In this document: one piece after another, positions 38,088 to 51,300 of the stretch
Position numbering within the stretch: position 1 is the stretch's first letter
Layout of the letters: the number at the start of each line of letters is the position of its first letter
Assembly (NCBI GenBank): GCA_013239625.1
Contig: MU053487.1
Span: forward strand, 2,687,058-2,751,057
Length of the DNA stretch: 64,000 nt
Direction of reading: 5' to 3'
Origin: Lama guanicoe
Taxonomy: Eukaryota
Translations under genes and position numbers: made by a program
The notes under the pieces: model-generated
The model's input: the letters and a program-made list of their open reading frames with translations, nothing else
What the model was told of the DNA's origin: nothing
Databases searched by the model: none

Positions 38088-38193
38088 GGAGCCCTTGAGG
38101 AGCAGCTGGCCCTGAGCGGGGATGGTGCCTACAACGCGCACTTTGGGGAGAGCATAGCCAGCCTGGGCGACCTTGACGAGGACGGCTTCCCAG
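38088..38193 (+). CDS. ITGA9: ITGA9 exon 10 (GALEEQLALSGDGAYNAHFGESIASLGDLDEDGFP)
   Basis: ttcccag acceptor; CCAG|gtcagt donor; 106 nt; Ca2+ loop DLDEDGFP(D). Confidence 0.96.
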
Positions 38194-39347
38194 GTCAGTG
38201 AGCTTGCGCTGCCCACGGGAGGGCCCGTCGGCATCCCTGTAGACACTGGGCTGAGCCCCGAGCTCCCTGGAGTTCTGCTTCTGTGACATTCCTTCTCCTC
38301 AGCTCAGCACTCTTTGCTATGTCTGTGGTGCAGTGAATTGTGGGGTGGTCCATGGGGTTTCTTAGGGCAGCCGTGTCTGAACCAGCATCCTCTCGCCACC
38401 AAACTATCTTGTTTCTGAGCCTCCGATGCACCCCAGTTCTCTACCGTGTGGTCAGTGAAATAAGTGAGGAGGGAATTCTCTGCCCTGAGGGGGACAGCAG
38501 GCCCGGCTGACTTTTGAAGGTGTGGTGTTGGGAGGAGCGGGGATGTGCACGCCCCATGTCTAGTTCTGTTTGGATAGCAGTACCTTTCACAGCTTCTTGG
38601 CTTCTCTCCCTGGTCTGTTCAGTGTCTCCTCCCCTCACTGTACACGCAGGGTTCAGACACCAGGACTGGGGGGAGCCGTGTCACTGATGGGGACGACTGG
38701 GGTGGAAGATGGGCTGGGGGGCAGCTCTTGCCTCAGGCCAGACATTCAGGCACATTTGAAATCCTCATAGCCCTGGCCAGAGGGGGCGTCACTTGGAGAA
38801 AGGGGACCTCTGCTTGAGGTCCGGTGGGTGAGGCCCTCACCCTTGACCTCACGTCTACAGACTCATGACTTTTGTTATAAGCAAAGGGGAAAAAGTGAGG
38901 AAGATCTAGACTTTGCTTCAGGAGTTGCCAGTTCCTGAGAGTAACATTGATTTTTGTATGTGACATTCGTGCCATTTTATATCATTCCTTTACCAGAGAA
39001 TAGAGTTGAGTTTCTCAGTTACACAATAACCATTATCTTTGGAATTCCCTTCTCAGACAGGAGTTACAGTGGGTGGTTTATATTTGCATTTCTTTTATTG
39101 GATAGGTCAATAATCTGTCCTACAAGGATGAGGTAGAAACATTTTCTGGGACTGAACTCTTATCAGCTTCTATAATTTTCTTTCTACTTTTTTGGTGGTG
39201 GTTGTTACTGCTAAGAGATCATGTGCCGGGTTTAATGCTTGAACAGTCAACCAAGAAATGTATAGACGTCATGGCAGGAGTTAGAGAACCCACCCGTATG
39301 TTCCTCCACATGGCTTTTCTAACCGAGAGCTACTTTCCTCCCCCCAG

Positions 39348-39442
39348 ATGTGGCCATCGGCGCACCCAAGGAGGACGACTTTTCGGGCGCGGTGTACATC
39401 TACCACGGGGACGCTGATGGGGTAGTCCCTCAGTACTCGATG
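39348..39442 (+). CDS. ITGA9: ITGA9 exon 11 ((D)VAIGAPKEDDFSGAVYIYHGDADGVVPQYSM)
   Basis: cccccag acceptor; ATG|gtaatt donor; 95 nt; GAP and GAVYIY motifs. Confidence 0.96.
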
Positions 39443-40554
39443 GTAATTGGCGTGAGAGTGACATGGTCGCTGTCCATGCAGTCATTCCACAAACACTTCG
39501 GGAACTCTGCGCCACACCCCGGGTGCATACGACACAGGACATTGTTCCTGCCTTCACCTTCCCCCACCTCCAGTGAAAGGCACAAACCACTGATTAAATC
39601 AAAATGTATTTGTAGTCTCCCGAGTTTGCTGACATCCAGGGAGGCATTCTGCCTACAAAAGATAATATCCAGATTCATAGCCAGTGTTAAGAGTGATTTA
39701 TGTAAGAAGAGGCTCTCTTTTCTGGTTGCTCCTTTGTCAACCGTCTGTGCTAAGCCAAAGGAGTATCTCGTAAACTATAATCTAGAGAGACCGAGGTCCA
39801 TGCAGGAGGGGCTTGAAAGCTCTGTCACAGGCCTGTTGTCACCGTTGGCATCAAAACGGGAAGCTGATCAGAGCCCTGGCCTCGAGCCCCAGGCTTGGGA
39901 AGTGGTGGGTCCTGTTTTTTTGCCATATCAGCTTGGAGTTCAATCTTGCTGATGGTGTCAAGCCCAGCCCCTGGGAAAAAAGGAAGTCGCGCTCTGGACA
40001 GAAGCCCGGTCAGGATGTTGGTGGATGTCTGTGTGCAGACTGGTACAGGCCTGGGTCTCTCTCCCAGTGGGTCAGCGACAGAAGGGGACTGAGCACCCGA
40101 AAGGTTTCCAATCAGCGCATACTGATTTCGTGACCATTTCTTATGAGCTTACCACTTCCTCCTCACGCTGACACTTCTCCAACCCAAGAAGCTTGGCTCG
40201 TATCTTGATCATTGCTAAGGAAACAAAACTTTGAACTGGTCCTGTTCTTATAAAATGCTGTATAAAATGAAATAGTAATACACCAAAACCTGTCCACAGA
40301 CAAGTCTTAAGGTGAGGAAAGACTACGAGTTGATTTTAAGAGGCAGTTTGTACATATAAGTTCAGTCAGTGTGTCCTCAGTCGTTCTCCTTGCAGCAGGT
40401 GTGCGTCAGCTCGTTAAGGGCGGAGGGCTGCTTGCTTTGTTGCAGGTCGCTCCCTCCTGCTCAGCTCTGTTCCAAGAGGCAGGTGTCAGGGGAGGTGCCA
40501 TGCTGGTGGGAGCAGGGCTGCTTCCTGAGAGCCTGCTCTGTCCTCTGACCTCCA

Positions 40555-40725
40555 GTCCTCATAGCAGCCTTGTGAGATGGATTCCTTTATCATCCACCTT
40601 TTATTTACAAGGTGACTCCAGCCCAGGGAGGTTATTTAACGTGCCCAAGGTCACCAGCTAGGAAGTGGCAGCTTGACCATGGAAACTTTGCCAGCCTGAC
40701 TCCCAAACCTCTTATTGCAGCCACC
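40555..40725 (-). mobile_element. MIR SINE
   Basis: cagccttgtgagatgg...cccagggaggtta...gcccaaggtcaccagctaggaagtggca...ctgactcc. Confidence 0.65.
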
Positions 40726-42674
40726 ACCCTCAACTCCATGTGAGGAAAAGGAACACTCGGGGAGGCTCAGCTGGAAAACTTAGAAATACAAAAGCCTGTT
40801 TTGCTGTACTCCGAGGGGCATTCACCCACATGGACCACCTCCTTTTCTATAGGAATGAGTAATGGTGCGACCACACTCCTAGGTGATGTGGCAGGAGAAT
40901 GAGGGCTCTGGGCACGGTGTCGGGGTCACATCGTGTCCCAAGGGCTACTCTCCTCTAGATCAGGGGCTCTGTTCCCACTGCCACAAGCCGAGAGCCCTCC
41001 GGGGAGCCATCAGGTCACCCCGCACACTTCCTCCCGGAGTCTGGTTACCGGACCTGGGAGGCTCATCGCAAAGGGAGGCAGCCTGTGAGAGACCCCTGCT
41101 TCCGCTCCTCCTGGGGCCCTCTTGTGTTTTGTTCTGTTGCTGGGTGGAATCCCTGCAGAGAACTGAAGTATAAATTTGTGGTCAGCGCGGATCGTCTTGA
41201 GTAGGAAGCAGAGATCGGCAGCTGGACCGGTCCTGCCTTTGTCAGCACTCAGCCCGGCTCGTTAGCTCTGACAGAGAGAAGTGGTTTGGGGGCTCTTAAA
41301 AAAAAAGAAAAGAAACAACTGTGATTACACATTTCCAAGCTGCTAATATGTATGTGATAAGGTCTGTGATTTAAGAGGAAGAAAAGTCCTCTAAGGCCGG
41401 ATTCTCCAGAGCTCAGGTCTGGACAGAGCGGGCATTGTGTGGGTGAACCAGGGAGGAAATGAGAAACAACTCTGGGCAAAGGAATCGCTTTTCTTTGGCC
41501 CAGATTGGTATTATTTCTGCTGGAGAAATTGTGAGATCAGGGTCTCAAGTTCTTCCATATTACTCAAACTCATTCCTCTTTCTCGAGTTTACCATGAGAA
41601 GTGTTGACTTTAAGATCCTTGTGTGCCTTTCTCAATTTGAGAGCCCTCCGGGCATGTCACGGCGGCTCCTGTGATCTGTCTCCTGCCATAAGGACACCGC
41701 ATATAAACTCGGTCAAGGCAGAGCTTTTCCAAGGCTCCTGGTTTTCATTTAGAGTTATTAGCACCAAGCAGACTTATCTTCCTGGCTTCATGGCATAATG
41801 GCCTGCAGATGTCTGTGGGATAACTTAAACCCGCATCGCCACCCCCAGAAGGACCACCCCTTCACTCTTCCCGGCTTGTCCCAGCCACAGCACATCTTAG
41901 ACATGCAAACCCAGGGCAAGCTGCTGAATCTCGCATTGTTGGGCCTCAGAGCTGAGATGGTCTGCTTCAAAATGCAGATTTTAAGAAACATGCAGATCCA
42001 CGTCCATGTTTGTTTAGACAGAGCTGTGTGGGATGTGTGACTCTGCATGTTGGCAAGAAACATTTCTTCAGTGTTCCCTACGGTGTTCTGATTTGTACCA
42101 TGATGCTTGCACATTTCCTGTTGGATGGTTTGACTGAAGATGGCAGGTGGAAGGTCATTTGCAGTCATTGGCTGCTCGGAGGTGGGGGACTCCCTGTCCT
42201 CTCCCGCTGTCAGTCCTGTAGGAACTCCATCTCCCCATATGTGTGACTCCTTTGCAGGGTGACCGTAAGGAAAAGGATAAGGAAAGAAAGTCCCAGTGAG
42301 CCCCCGGATATGTGTAAACCCAGTTCTGACATGGAAGTTGCTGTGTGGCATGAAAACAAAACATTTCTCTCCTTGTCCCCAGTGAGGGCACTGAAAGGGG
42401 AACCTCCCCAGGGAGACTGTATAGAGAAAGAGAAGAAAGAACAGTCAGATTTCAGAACATGAGACTTTTCTGATTCAGAAAGTTTAGTATCTGTGTGAGG
42501 AACACAAGCATCGATGTATGACCAGGGCTGGCTGTATAGTGAATGTTCTTGACCAGTGCAGCATGTGTCAGCATATGCTGATCTTAATGATGAAAGAAAT
42601 GGACTTACAGGTGCTAGCATGCCGCATGGCACTAGAGCTATGAATCCCAAATGGTTGGTTGAGGGCTGCCTTTT

Positions 42675-42797
42675 TTGGGGGGTGGTGGGGTAATTAGGTT
42701 TGTTTATATTTTTAGAGGAGGTACTGGGAATTGAACCTAGGACCTCATGCATGCTAATAAGCATGTGCTCTACCACTTGAGCTGTACCCTCCCTCCT
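42675..42797 (-). mobile_element. vic-1-type tRNA-Ala-derived camelid SINE
   Basis: ggggtaattaggtttg tail plus gaggtactgggaattgaacctaggacctc...ctctaccacttgagctgtaccctcc; TSD gg(g/a)ctgcctttt at 42663 and 42798. Confidence 0.88.
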
Positions 42798-43483
42798 GGA
42801 CTGCCTTTTAAGGAGGAGGGCAGGCAGCTTCAGCTGGGTGTTTTTTTTTTTTTCCCCTACATTGTATAGAATGTTCAGGATCATTCTAGATTTACTGGGT
42901 AAAGCTGTTTTGTCCTGTCTGTGATGCTCATGGGCCCGTAGATCTTCTGGTTGGCTTGATCGAGAGGCAGTTTCCATGTGACCATCATTTTCCAAGTAGA
43001 TGTGCTAATTCCCGTCCACCCGAGGGAGGACTAACGTGTGCCTCTTAGGAGAGGAGTCTTACACGTTTTGTACGTGTCTGGGTAGAGAGATCAAAGGAAA
43101 AGATGTTCTTAGAATTTCGCCTGGCTACTCCTGTGTAAACCCAAAACAGAACCTCTTGTGGAGATGGGAGTTTAACTATCTGTTTGGAACTTCATTCGCC
43201 AGATCAGAAGGCTAACACACTTGCTTAGGTGGCTTTTTTGTTAACACTGAGCTTGGAAACAATTTAGAGTGGTGACACTAAGGCAAGTAATAATCAAGGA
43301 GTGTGTGGTCTTCTGCCTGCTAAAGACCCCTGATAAAGTTTGAACTACGTTTTTTTGTTGTTTTGTTTCCTCCGAACAACTTCAAGACCAAGTGTCCCAG
43401 GGCAGCTGGGCTGAAACAGTCACAGGGTCTTACTTGTGACTGTGCTCCTTCCGGTAACTCAGTCTCTCTATTATCTGTTTCAG

Positions 43484-43574
43484 AAACTGTCGGGGCGGAA
43501 GATAAGTCCTGTGCTACGGATGTTTGGCCAGTCCATATCAGGGGGCGTTGATATGGATGGAAATGGCTATCCTG
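43484..43574 (+). CDS. ITGA9: ITGA9 exon 12 (KLSGRKISPVLRMFGQSISGGVDMDGNGYP)
   Basis: tttcag acceptor; CCTG|gtaagc donor; 91 nt; Ca2+ loop DMDGNGYP(D). Confidence 0.96.
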
Positions 43575-45449
43575 GTAAGCTGTTTTCCTTTAATGGCGTG
43601 TGAGATAAGGAAAGCTAAATGCACGAGGTAGAATACTGTCCAGTCTGGTCAGAGTGGTAACACCTACTGAGGACTAGGAGAATTCATACAGTGGAATAGG
43701 GTGCTTTGCTTGGTGTCTGATTTTAAGATGAAGGTAGTGTCGAAGTTTATTTTCTGAGTTTTAAAATGATTTACTCTAAAACGTTGAAGCACCCTGAGAG
43801 TGGATTTTTACAGCAAATTTTTCCGATGAAGGAAAAATAACGCTGTCCCATCTATCATGATACATAGTGAAACCGTGTGTTTTCCTTGATATCCAAGCAC
43901 GTTCAGAGGCATCTTCCCCTCGAGAGGGAGGAGGGAACTGAGTGACACCTTCCCCACCCCCGACCACCCCAAAAGACAGTTACTGAGGGAAAGGCTTGGA
44001 GCAGAAAGAAAACCATGTCCTCTCCCTGACAGACAAAACAAACCTTCACCATTCAAGGCGGGCTGGCTTGTCTTCAGGGTTAATTAATGCCTTGTGGTGG
44101 TTGAGGGTAATTGAATAAAAATGTACCATTTCAAACCCCAATCCCAAATGATATCCGGTTTAGGGGAAATTGACCAGGCAGAGGAGTAGTGGTTCTTTGG
44201 GTGTTTGAGGGGAATTGAGTGGGGGTGAGGTGAGGAAACAGAAGAATTTGGAAAAACCCAAAATCACCATGGATTTCAGAAAAAAGGTCCCTGAAACTGC
44301 AGGTCATCTTGCTATCTTGTGAAAAATAACTTCTTTCCATTTAAAATGCCTCAGAAGGATCTGTGTAAACAATTGCAGTCCTGTACAAGGGCACCGGATT
44401 TGGTAGTTTTTCATAGACAGGAATTTTGATCATCCCCTGTAACTTTGCAGAGCCAGGAGTGGGAATGGGAAAGGGGCAGGGTTGAAGTTTGTGTCCCTGT
44501 AGACTGTTGGGGGTGTTTTTAGGTTTGAAAAAGCAGTTCTTGTTTTGGGAAATTTGTGACCATCCCTAAGTCATGCCTTCCATTGGTTTAGCACTTAGAT
44601 ATGTGCAGTGAACGTCTTACGGTTACCCCCATAGGTAGGTAGAGATGGGGGTGTCTCCCCAAGTTAACAGGCAAGAATGCTAAATCCCAGAGAACTCAGG
44701 GAACTGGCCAGAGACCACATCGTGGTGGTCGGGGACCCAGGCTGCTTGTCTGTTGCTGCACAGTGATCACACGGATCTGAATTTCTGACCTTGCATTTTT
44801 CATAAAAAATGGCAAATGCATCAGGTATTTTTTATTTTCAAATATCCAGGAAATTAAAAAAGGCTACGAGGAAGTAACAGAGTCAGCAAGCACACCCAAG
44901 TGCAGAAATCTCAGCAGCCCTACCATCCACAGATGTGCTGTTTGTTTTTCCTTAATGAGGGCATCATGTATACATGGGGGTTCAGACTCTCTTGGATTCA
45001 GATGCTCGGTTCTGTGAAGTAGTACTCAGAACCCCAGGGCTGGAGGGTTTCCATTAGAAGGGAAGAAAGGCAGAGAGCCATTAGATGAGTTCATACTTCC
45101 TAAATTAAAGTTATTTAGGATTAAACATTACCAGCTCACACTTGTCTTGATTTATAGTTCACCAAGTACTCTCATGAAGTTTCTGATTTTAACACCTGAT
45201 TTAATATATTTAATACATATTATATTTAACAAATATTTAATAAATATTTTCTGGGTTAAACATTATGAAATATTTGAAGAAGACACTGGGGCTAATTATC
45301 TCCATTGTGCAGACAAGGACACTGTGAGAGAGATCCTGGGGTCACGTAGAGTGAGGGTTGGAACGGAGGCGAGTCCCATGTTCTACAGAACCTAGAGCTT
45401 CTCCCGAGAGTCATTTAGTTCTGAGCATCCCTCTCCCTGATTCCCTGAA

Positions 45450-45760
45450 GTCCAGAAGAAATATAATGGGAGCCACTTACGTAATTTAAATGGTTCCAGT
45501 AACCCCATCAAGAAGATAGAAAGGCACAGGTGAAATTCATTTTAATAATGTTTTATTTAGCCCAGCGTATCCGACAAATTATCGTTTCAATATACAATCG
45601 ATATAAAGGTGATCACTGAGATCCTTAATGTCTTTTTTTGGCACGGGGTCTTTGAAATCGGTTCCTGTTTTACACTGACAGCACATTTCAGTTCAGAGCA
45701 GCACATTTCAGGGTCTCAGTGGTCACGTCTGGTGATTGGCTGCCACGTGGCACAGCATGG
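45450..45760. mobile_element. MER33/MER3-like hAT-Charlie MITE
   Basis: gaaatataatgggagccac...aggtgaaattcattttaataat...cagcacatttca...gtggcacagca. Confidence 0.7.
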
Positions 45761-45905
45761 CTCCATACCTTACCAAGCTGTTACAGAGCCTGGTGGGGGC
45801 CCCCTGGTCCTGAGGCCAGGCCTCCAAGTCCGCGGAGCACCTCATCAAGGGGTGGGTCAAGTGAACTTCCGCACGTTTCTGAACCTGTGAACTTGTGGTT
45901 TTCAG

Positions 45906-45951
45906 ATGTAACTGTTGGGGCCTTCATGTCCGACAGCGTGGTCCTCCTAAG
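45906..45951 (+). CDS. ITGA9: ITGA9 exon 13 ((D)VTVGAFMSDSVVLL(R))
   Basis: ttttcag acceptor; TAAG|gtgagc donor; 46 nt, phase 1 to 2; end of the propeller. Confidence 0.95.
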
Positions 45952-46754
45952 GTGAGCGGCTTGTCTGTTTCCTCTTGGTTCTTCATGGGTGAGGGGTGGA
46001 CTTTGGCGGGGTGGGGGGCCCCCCAGGGGAGTTAATCCCCCACGGTCAGCGGTCACTCTATCCCGTTCCTGGCAGACGGGGCGCTTAGCCAGTGGGAGTG
46101 CTCTGTGCGCCTGCAGGTGAGAGATGATAGCGTCACCGGAGCTTCTAGGCAGAGTTTGGGTTTTGCCTTTCGCCATGAACAACCCCTTCCATTGATGCGC
46201 CATCACATACTACCATTTTCTGGGGCACCGTGACACTGCCCTGTCCCCATCTCTTCATTGTCCCTGCTTCCTCACCTCATAGTCCCCAACCCCCAAGGTA
46301 CTGGGAACTCCTGCCACCTCGTTCTTGGGTCCAGCATAGGGTGAGGGACGTGAGCTCAGGCCCATTGCTCGCTGAAGCCCTTTCAGTCTGGATCCCTCTT
46401 GCAAAGGCCAGTGGGCTGCTGTCCCACCCACGAACCATCTCCAAGTATTTCTGTCTGCGTGAGTCAGAGGAGGCAGCATTACACTTTGGAGCAGGCGCCA
46501 ACTCTGAGGTTTTGTTAACAGCCTGATTGCAGAACTTTCTAAAACAGGCTAGTAGAATCTTAGAGCTGGAAGACAGCCCAGAAGCCGTGTCGTTCCACAC
46601 CCTGGGTTCTCCATTCGGTGAGAGGCCTCCTGGGGTCCCCACCGCAGGGCTGCACGGCCTCCTCCTGAAAGAGATGCTGCCCCGGGTGGGGGTTAGTAAT
46701 TTCCAGAGGAACCAGTGCACTTCCAGGCAATGCACAATGTTGACTAGTTGACGA

Positions 46755-46985
46755 GGCAGACAGAATAGCCTTGAGGTTAAGAGTATAAACTCTGGGACCT
46801 GGTAGCCTGGGTTCAAACGCTAACTCTGTCCTCACAAGCTGCATATCCTGGGTGAGTCTGGTGGCCTCTCTTTGAGGGTCGTCAGCTGTTAAAGGGGTAA
46901 TGATGGTACTTACCTCATAGGCTCTTCTGAGGCTCAGTGAGTTAGAACAGTGCTTGGTTTAAGTGCTCAGTAAATGGTAGCAAGT
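46755..46985 (+). mobile_element. MIR SINE
   Basis: ggttaagag...gcctgggttcaaa...tacttacctcatagg...gaacagtgcttgg...aagtgctcagtaaatg. Confidence 0.75.
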
Positions 46986-47949
46986 CTTACATAAATTGGG
47001 TTAAATATGCCTCAAATTCTGCTTCTTGGTCTCTTGCCTTCTGCATAACAGCCCTTCAGTTTGAAGGTGGCGATGGTGTCCCTTGAGTGGTGACTTAACT
47101 AAGATGCATCTTTTACTCCCCACGTGATTGGATTTCCCCTTTCTTCATGGCCCCTTCCTCTGGTTTGGTGTTTTTTTTTCAGTGGAACAGCTTTTGTGGC
47201 TGCAGACGGTTGCGAGTGGACTCGTGAGGCCAGGAGCTCTGGCCGGTGGCTTCACAAAGTCGTTTTTCCTTCCCTCACCACCCTGGGCGGCCTGCTCTGG
47301 CTTGTCACGATTCCCCTCGAATAAAATGCGTTCCCAGCTTTTCTTGTGGAAACCAGGCCCTCTCAACACCAGCAGCATCTGGCTTAAGGCACGTCTCCCA
47401 GGTTCTGCTCCTTTAGCCTTCTTGTATCTTACAAGCTTGCTGTCTGAGGTGCAGCCCAGAGGGGCTTGTCTCATTCTGTCCTTGGTCATGATGGACAGCC
47501 CCTCTTCCTCCAGGTGTTTGCTCCCACATAGGTGTGAACGTCAGGCAAGGCAGTTACATGACACACTGGATGGCAAACCCATCCAGCCGGTGGTGGAGGG
47601 ATGAATCTGATGAGGTGAACTCTAACAGGTGTAGGGTCCTCAGAGGAGACTGCCAGGGAGCCAGGGAGATGGGGCTTTGAGAGGAGCCGGGGCACGGTCT
47701 TGGGCGAGGAGGTCAGCAGAAGGCGGCGACAGCCACGGAGGGCATGTGTAGGGGTGACAGGATTACCGTAATCCGTTCCCTCATTTCCTCGGCTCCTACG
47801 CATTGACCTGTGGGTGTCAGATCTGGGTGCACTGTAGGGAGCGACTAATACAGATGAGTAAGAAGACAGCGAGCGTTTGGGTAGTGCCTGCCTGCTGCGT
47901 GCCAGGCTGTGTCTCAGCAGTCGTGTGTGTTACTCCTTGTTGTTGCGTC

Positions 47950-48320
47950 TTGTATTGAGGGGTCGTTTACATCCCATTGGAGCAGCTGCTTGAGGATTTT
48001 TACCCAGGGTAGACCCCTGGGTAACCACCACCCTCTTCAAGATAGAGACATCTCTGTCTCCCCAGAAAGTGGCCACTTTCTGGTCACGCCTCTCTCCTGA
48101 TAGGCAACCACCCTTCTGACTCCTGTCCCTGTGGATCAGTTCTAGAATTCCCCATTGGTGGAATCAGCCAGTATGTCCCTTTTTGTCTCTGGCCTCTTTC
48201 ACTCAGTGTGGTGTTGCTGAGATGCATCCGCGTTGTCTTGTGTCCTGCAGTGCTTCTCCTTCCTGAGTTGTGTTCCACTGACTGTGTTACAGTTTGTTCG
48301 TCCGTTCTCTCGTGGAAGGA
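47950..48320 (-). mobile_element. Old L1M 3' fragment
   Basis: gtaaccaccacc...caagataga...aggcaaccacccttctgac...tctggcctctttcactcag...gagatgcatcc. Confidence 0.6.
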
Positions 48321-51300
48321 ACACACTGGAACTCAGTCTTCTTCACAGCTCCATGACCTGAGTGTCCTTATTGCTATCCCCATTTTATGGTTGATGAAAC
48401 CAAGTAATATGGAGGTTTTATCTACTTACAGAGGGAGACAGTTCTGGGTGCTGGTGCATGGCTGAGGGTGGGCGAGCAGGGTTACGTGGTCAGAGGGCTG
48501 AGCAGAGTGAGGCCAGAGTCTGGTCAGAGGTGGCAGCTGAAGGTGGGTGCCCTTGGCTGTGGCCAGTCTAGAGAAGCGCAGGGCAGAAGTCTGATGGCTG
48601 CTGGAGGGTGAGAAGGGGCAGCCGGCGAACGGGCGGTCAATCCTGACTCCTTTCCAGCAGCTTGGCTGCAAAGGAGCAAATGCGATTGGCGGTGGTTCCC
48701 GAGAGGGTGTCTTGAAGGTGGGATGCAGGTGGTCACCCTCAGCTTCATCCTCGTCCGTAGCACTTTTCCCTGACCCCTCCCTACCTCTCACGGCCTGGAG
48801 AGGATGAAAAGACCAGACGTTGGGAGTGCTGATGGAGAGGGGGACGAGGGAGGTGGGATCTGGTTTATAGACTATGAGTGGGGAGGGGGCTCAGCTGAGG
48901 GTGCAGTTTGGGATGTGGATAGGGGTGTTGCAGAGGGCAACCATGTCTGGTCTCTTGCAGGACTGTAATGGGCTGAGCGTGAGCAGGGAAGGTTGCACGG
49001 ATGAGTGGGGGCCCCTCAGAGGCGGAGAAATGGGCCGAGAGGGATTGCTGAGCACATCTGAGGGGCCGGGCAGGTTGGCAGCCTTTGATAAGGTGCCGCA
49101 TGTGGCCGAGCGGCAGTGAGCCACATGGTCTGGAGACTTGGGCTGACGAAGCCAAGTGGGTGTCCCAGTCGTGATCTGGCTGACGGGCAGGTGAGGGGAC
49201 CCTGAGTTACCGCGGGGTTTGGGTGGGACCAGAAGTTGGAGGAGGGCCAGGGAACCATGCACGTGTACACAGACAGTGAGACATACAGACACACAGACAC
49301 ACAGGCACACACCCCACCGCAGTCTTAAGTATTCTAAGGGAGAGAGTCGAGAGGTGTGTGGTTAGGAATGCCTTAGGCTGCAGCTATGAGAAAATCATCC
49401 CTCAGGTGGCTTTAAACTGCAGAGACATGAGTTAGGTCCCTGGTGTAGAGGGCTTTGGGGAAGGTTACTGGTCTGACACCTTCACCGGGGGCACAGGCTC
49501 TTTATCTGTGCCCCTGTCTCTGCCCTGCAAAAGCCTGGGTAGCTGGAGCAACACCACGTTACTGGATAGGTAGCCTGACTGGCTTTATTCTTTACCCAGA
49601 AGTGAAATATCAGGGTTTGAGTTGTCTGAGAACCATCAGAACAAATTACTCCAGCCCCCAGCTTGTTTAAAATAAAGTCTCCAGCGTGTTTGCGGGGCTG
49701 TCCTTGGGTGCCCCTTTGCTTTTGTCTCAGAGCAGGACCGTGAAACCCAGTCTCCTGCCTCCAGGGGCGAGGGGTGGCCGGGCTCTGCCCTCGGGAAGTT
49801 TGTTCTGTTGGACTAGCTCACAGGGGCAGAGCCCTCGTTGGGGTGATAGGCGCCTGGTGTCATGCCATTGAAGTCAAAGGAAGGGATCAGAGAGGCTCAT
49901 GAAAGTTTTCTGGGCTTTTCTTGCTCCAGAAACAATACTTGGAGTTGAAACAAAAAGGTTTAAGGAACTGATCTGACAGATGTTGGAGGAAGATGTGCTT
50001 GTGAAGGCCCTTGTCTGTCACTCCAGAGGATTCTGTGTTCTTAACAACTTTCATCCAGGTCCCTTTGTCCAGAGGGCTCACCTCTGCCTCCTGCTCACCT
50101 CACCTTCTCCTGCAGAGCTCCACCGTGAGAGGGGGAATCAGGCTTCCTCCACGCGGGGTGGTCCTGGGGTGACGGGGAGTGCGGTGCAGGCTGGGCCGCT
50201 TCTGCCTGATGACCCAGCAGAGCAGGCACTGGGCAGGGTGGGCTCTCACAGGGTGGAGGCCCGCTTTGCCTGGTACCACCGTCTGTTTTGCGACACTTGG
50301 GGCACTCCTGAGGGTTTCAGTCCCTGGGCTCGGAGTAAGGTGTTTGCCCATTTAACAAGGGTTTTCGATCACCTACTATCCTGGAAGTATCAGAATGAAT
50401 CCACCAGGATCCCAGCTGGTCGGGGTTGTGGGGGCGGGTGCTGCAGGCTGGTGGGGCAGGTTTGGAAATAGACAGTGACTGTAGTTAGTAGGTGAGATGA
50501 GGTGTGAACACAATGCAGGACGCAGAGAAGGGGGACATCCAGGTGCCAGGAGTGCTAAGGAACATGTGAGCATCTTCTAAGGATGAACCCAGAAGAAGGT
50601 TGGGAACCCGGATACTGGATTTCTTCCAGGCACCGCTGTTGTCTGACTTCCGTCAGCCCCTCAGCTGGGTCTGCTCTGGGATCCCACAGTTCCCTTGTCC
50701 TTGTCACAGCTGTTCTGTTCTTGACCACATCTCCAGGCAGCAGTGCCGGTTGTGAAATCCCCCCACCCCATCTGAGCCTCTTGTCTCCTCACTTCTCCCT
50801 CCTCTGAAGTTTTCCTTAATGTTTTCCTCTCTTACAGTCGCTCGGTGATCAGGGTTCCCATGTGTCTTGTCACCCTGGGCACTCTTTGCGGGATCATTGA
50901 ACACAAGTGAGGTCATTGTTCTCAAGCTGCTAACGCCTTTTAATCTTGCTCTGTCACCCGAGAGGCGTGAAGGCCGTGGCTCCTTGGAGGTAAAAGGGTC
51001 TCTTTGTGAGGCCTGGAGGGGAGAAGGTTAAGCCACAGCTTAGGTGAACCGTCCCTCAGCAGCTGTTTGCAGTGAGAGCAGAATGGTGCAATTCACTCTC
51101 CGCTTTTGTTGGGGGGCCCCAGGGGAGTCCCTGGAAGGCTAGCAGTGATGTTGTCCATCCGTCAAGCTGGGGCTGGTCCCTGTCGGTGGTCAGAGTTCGG
51201 ATGTTTGTTGGGTTGTGCTTGGTCCTGCGACCAGCTGGGTTGATTTCTTCAGCTCTGAAGTGCTTTGCTATTGCCAGCTGGGACTCCATTAATCAGATCC

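Noticed and set aside
42210..42995. Longest ORF in the track (261 aa, minus strand)
   Set aside because: It runs through a vic-1 SINE and T-tracts, has no recognisable domain, and lies antisense within intron 11; consistent with chance.
44120..44570. Possible old hAT-type DNA transposon remnant
   Set aside because: Only a vague terminal resemblance (gtgaccatcccta); I could not assign a family or boundaries.
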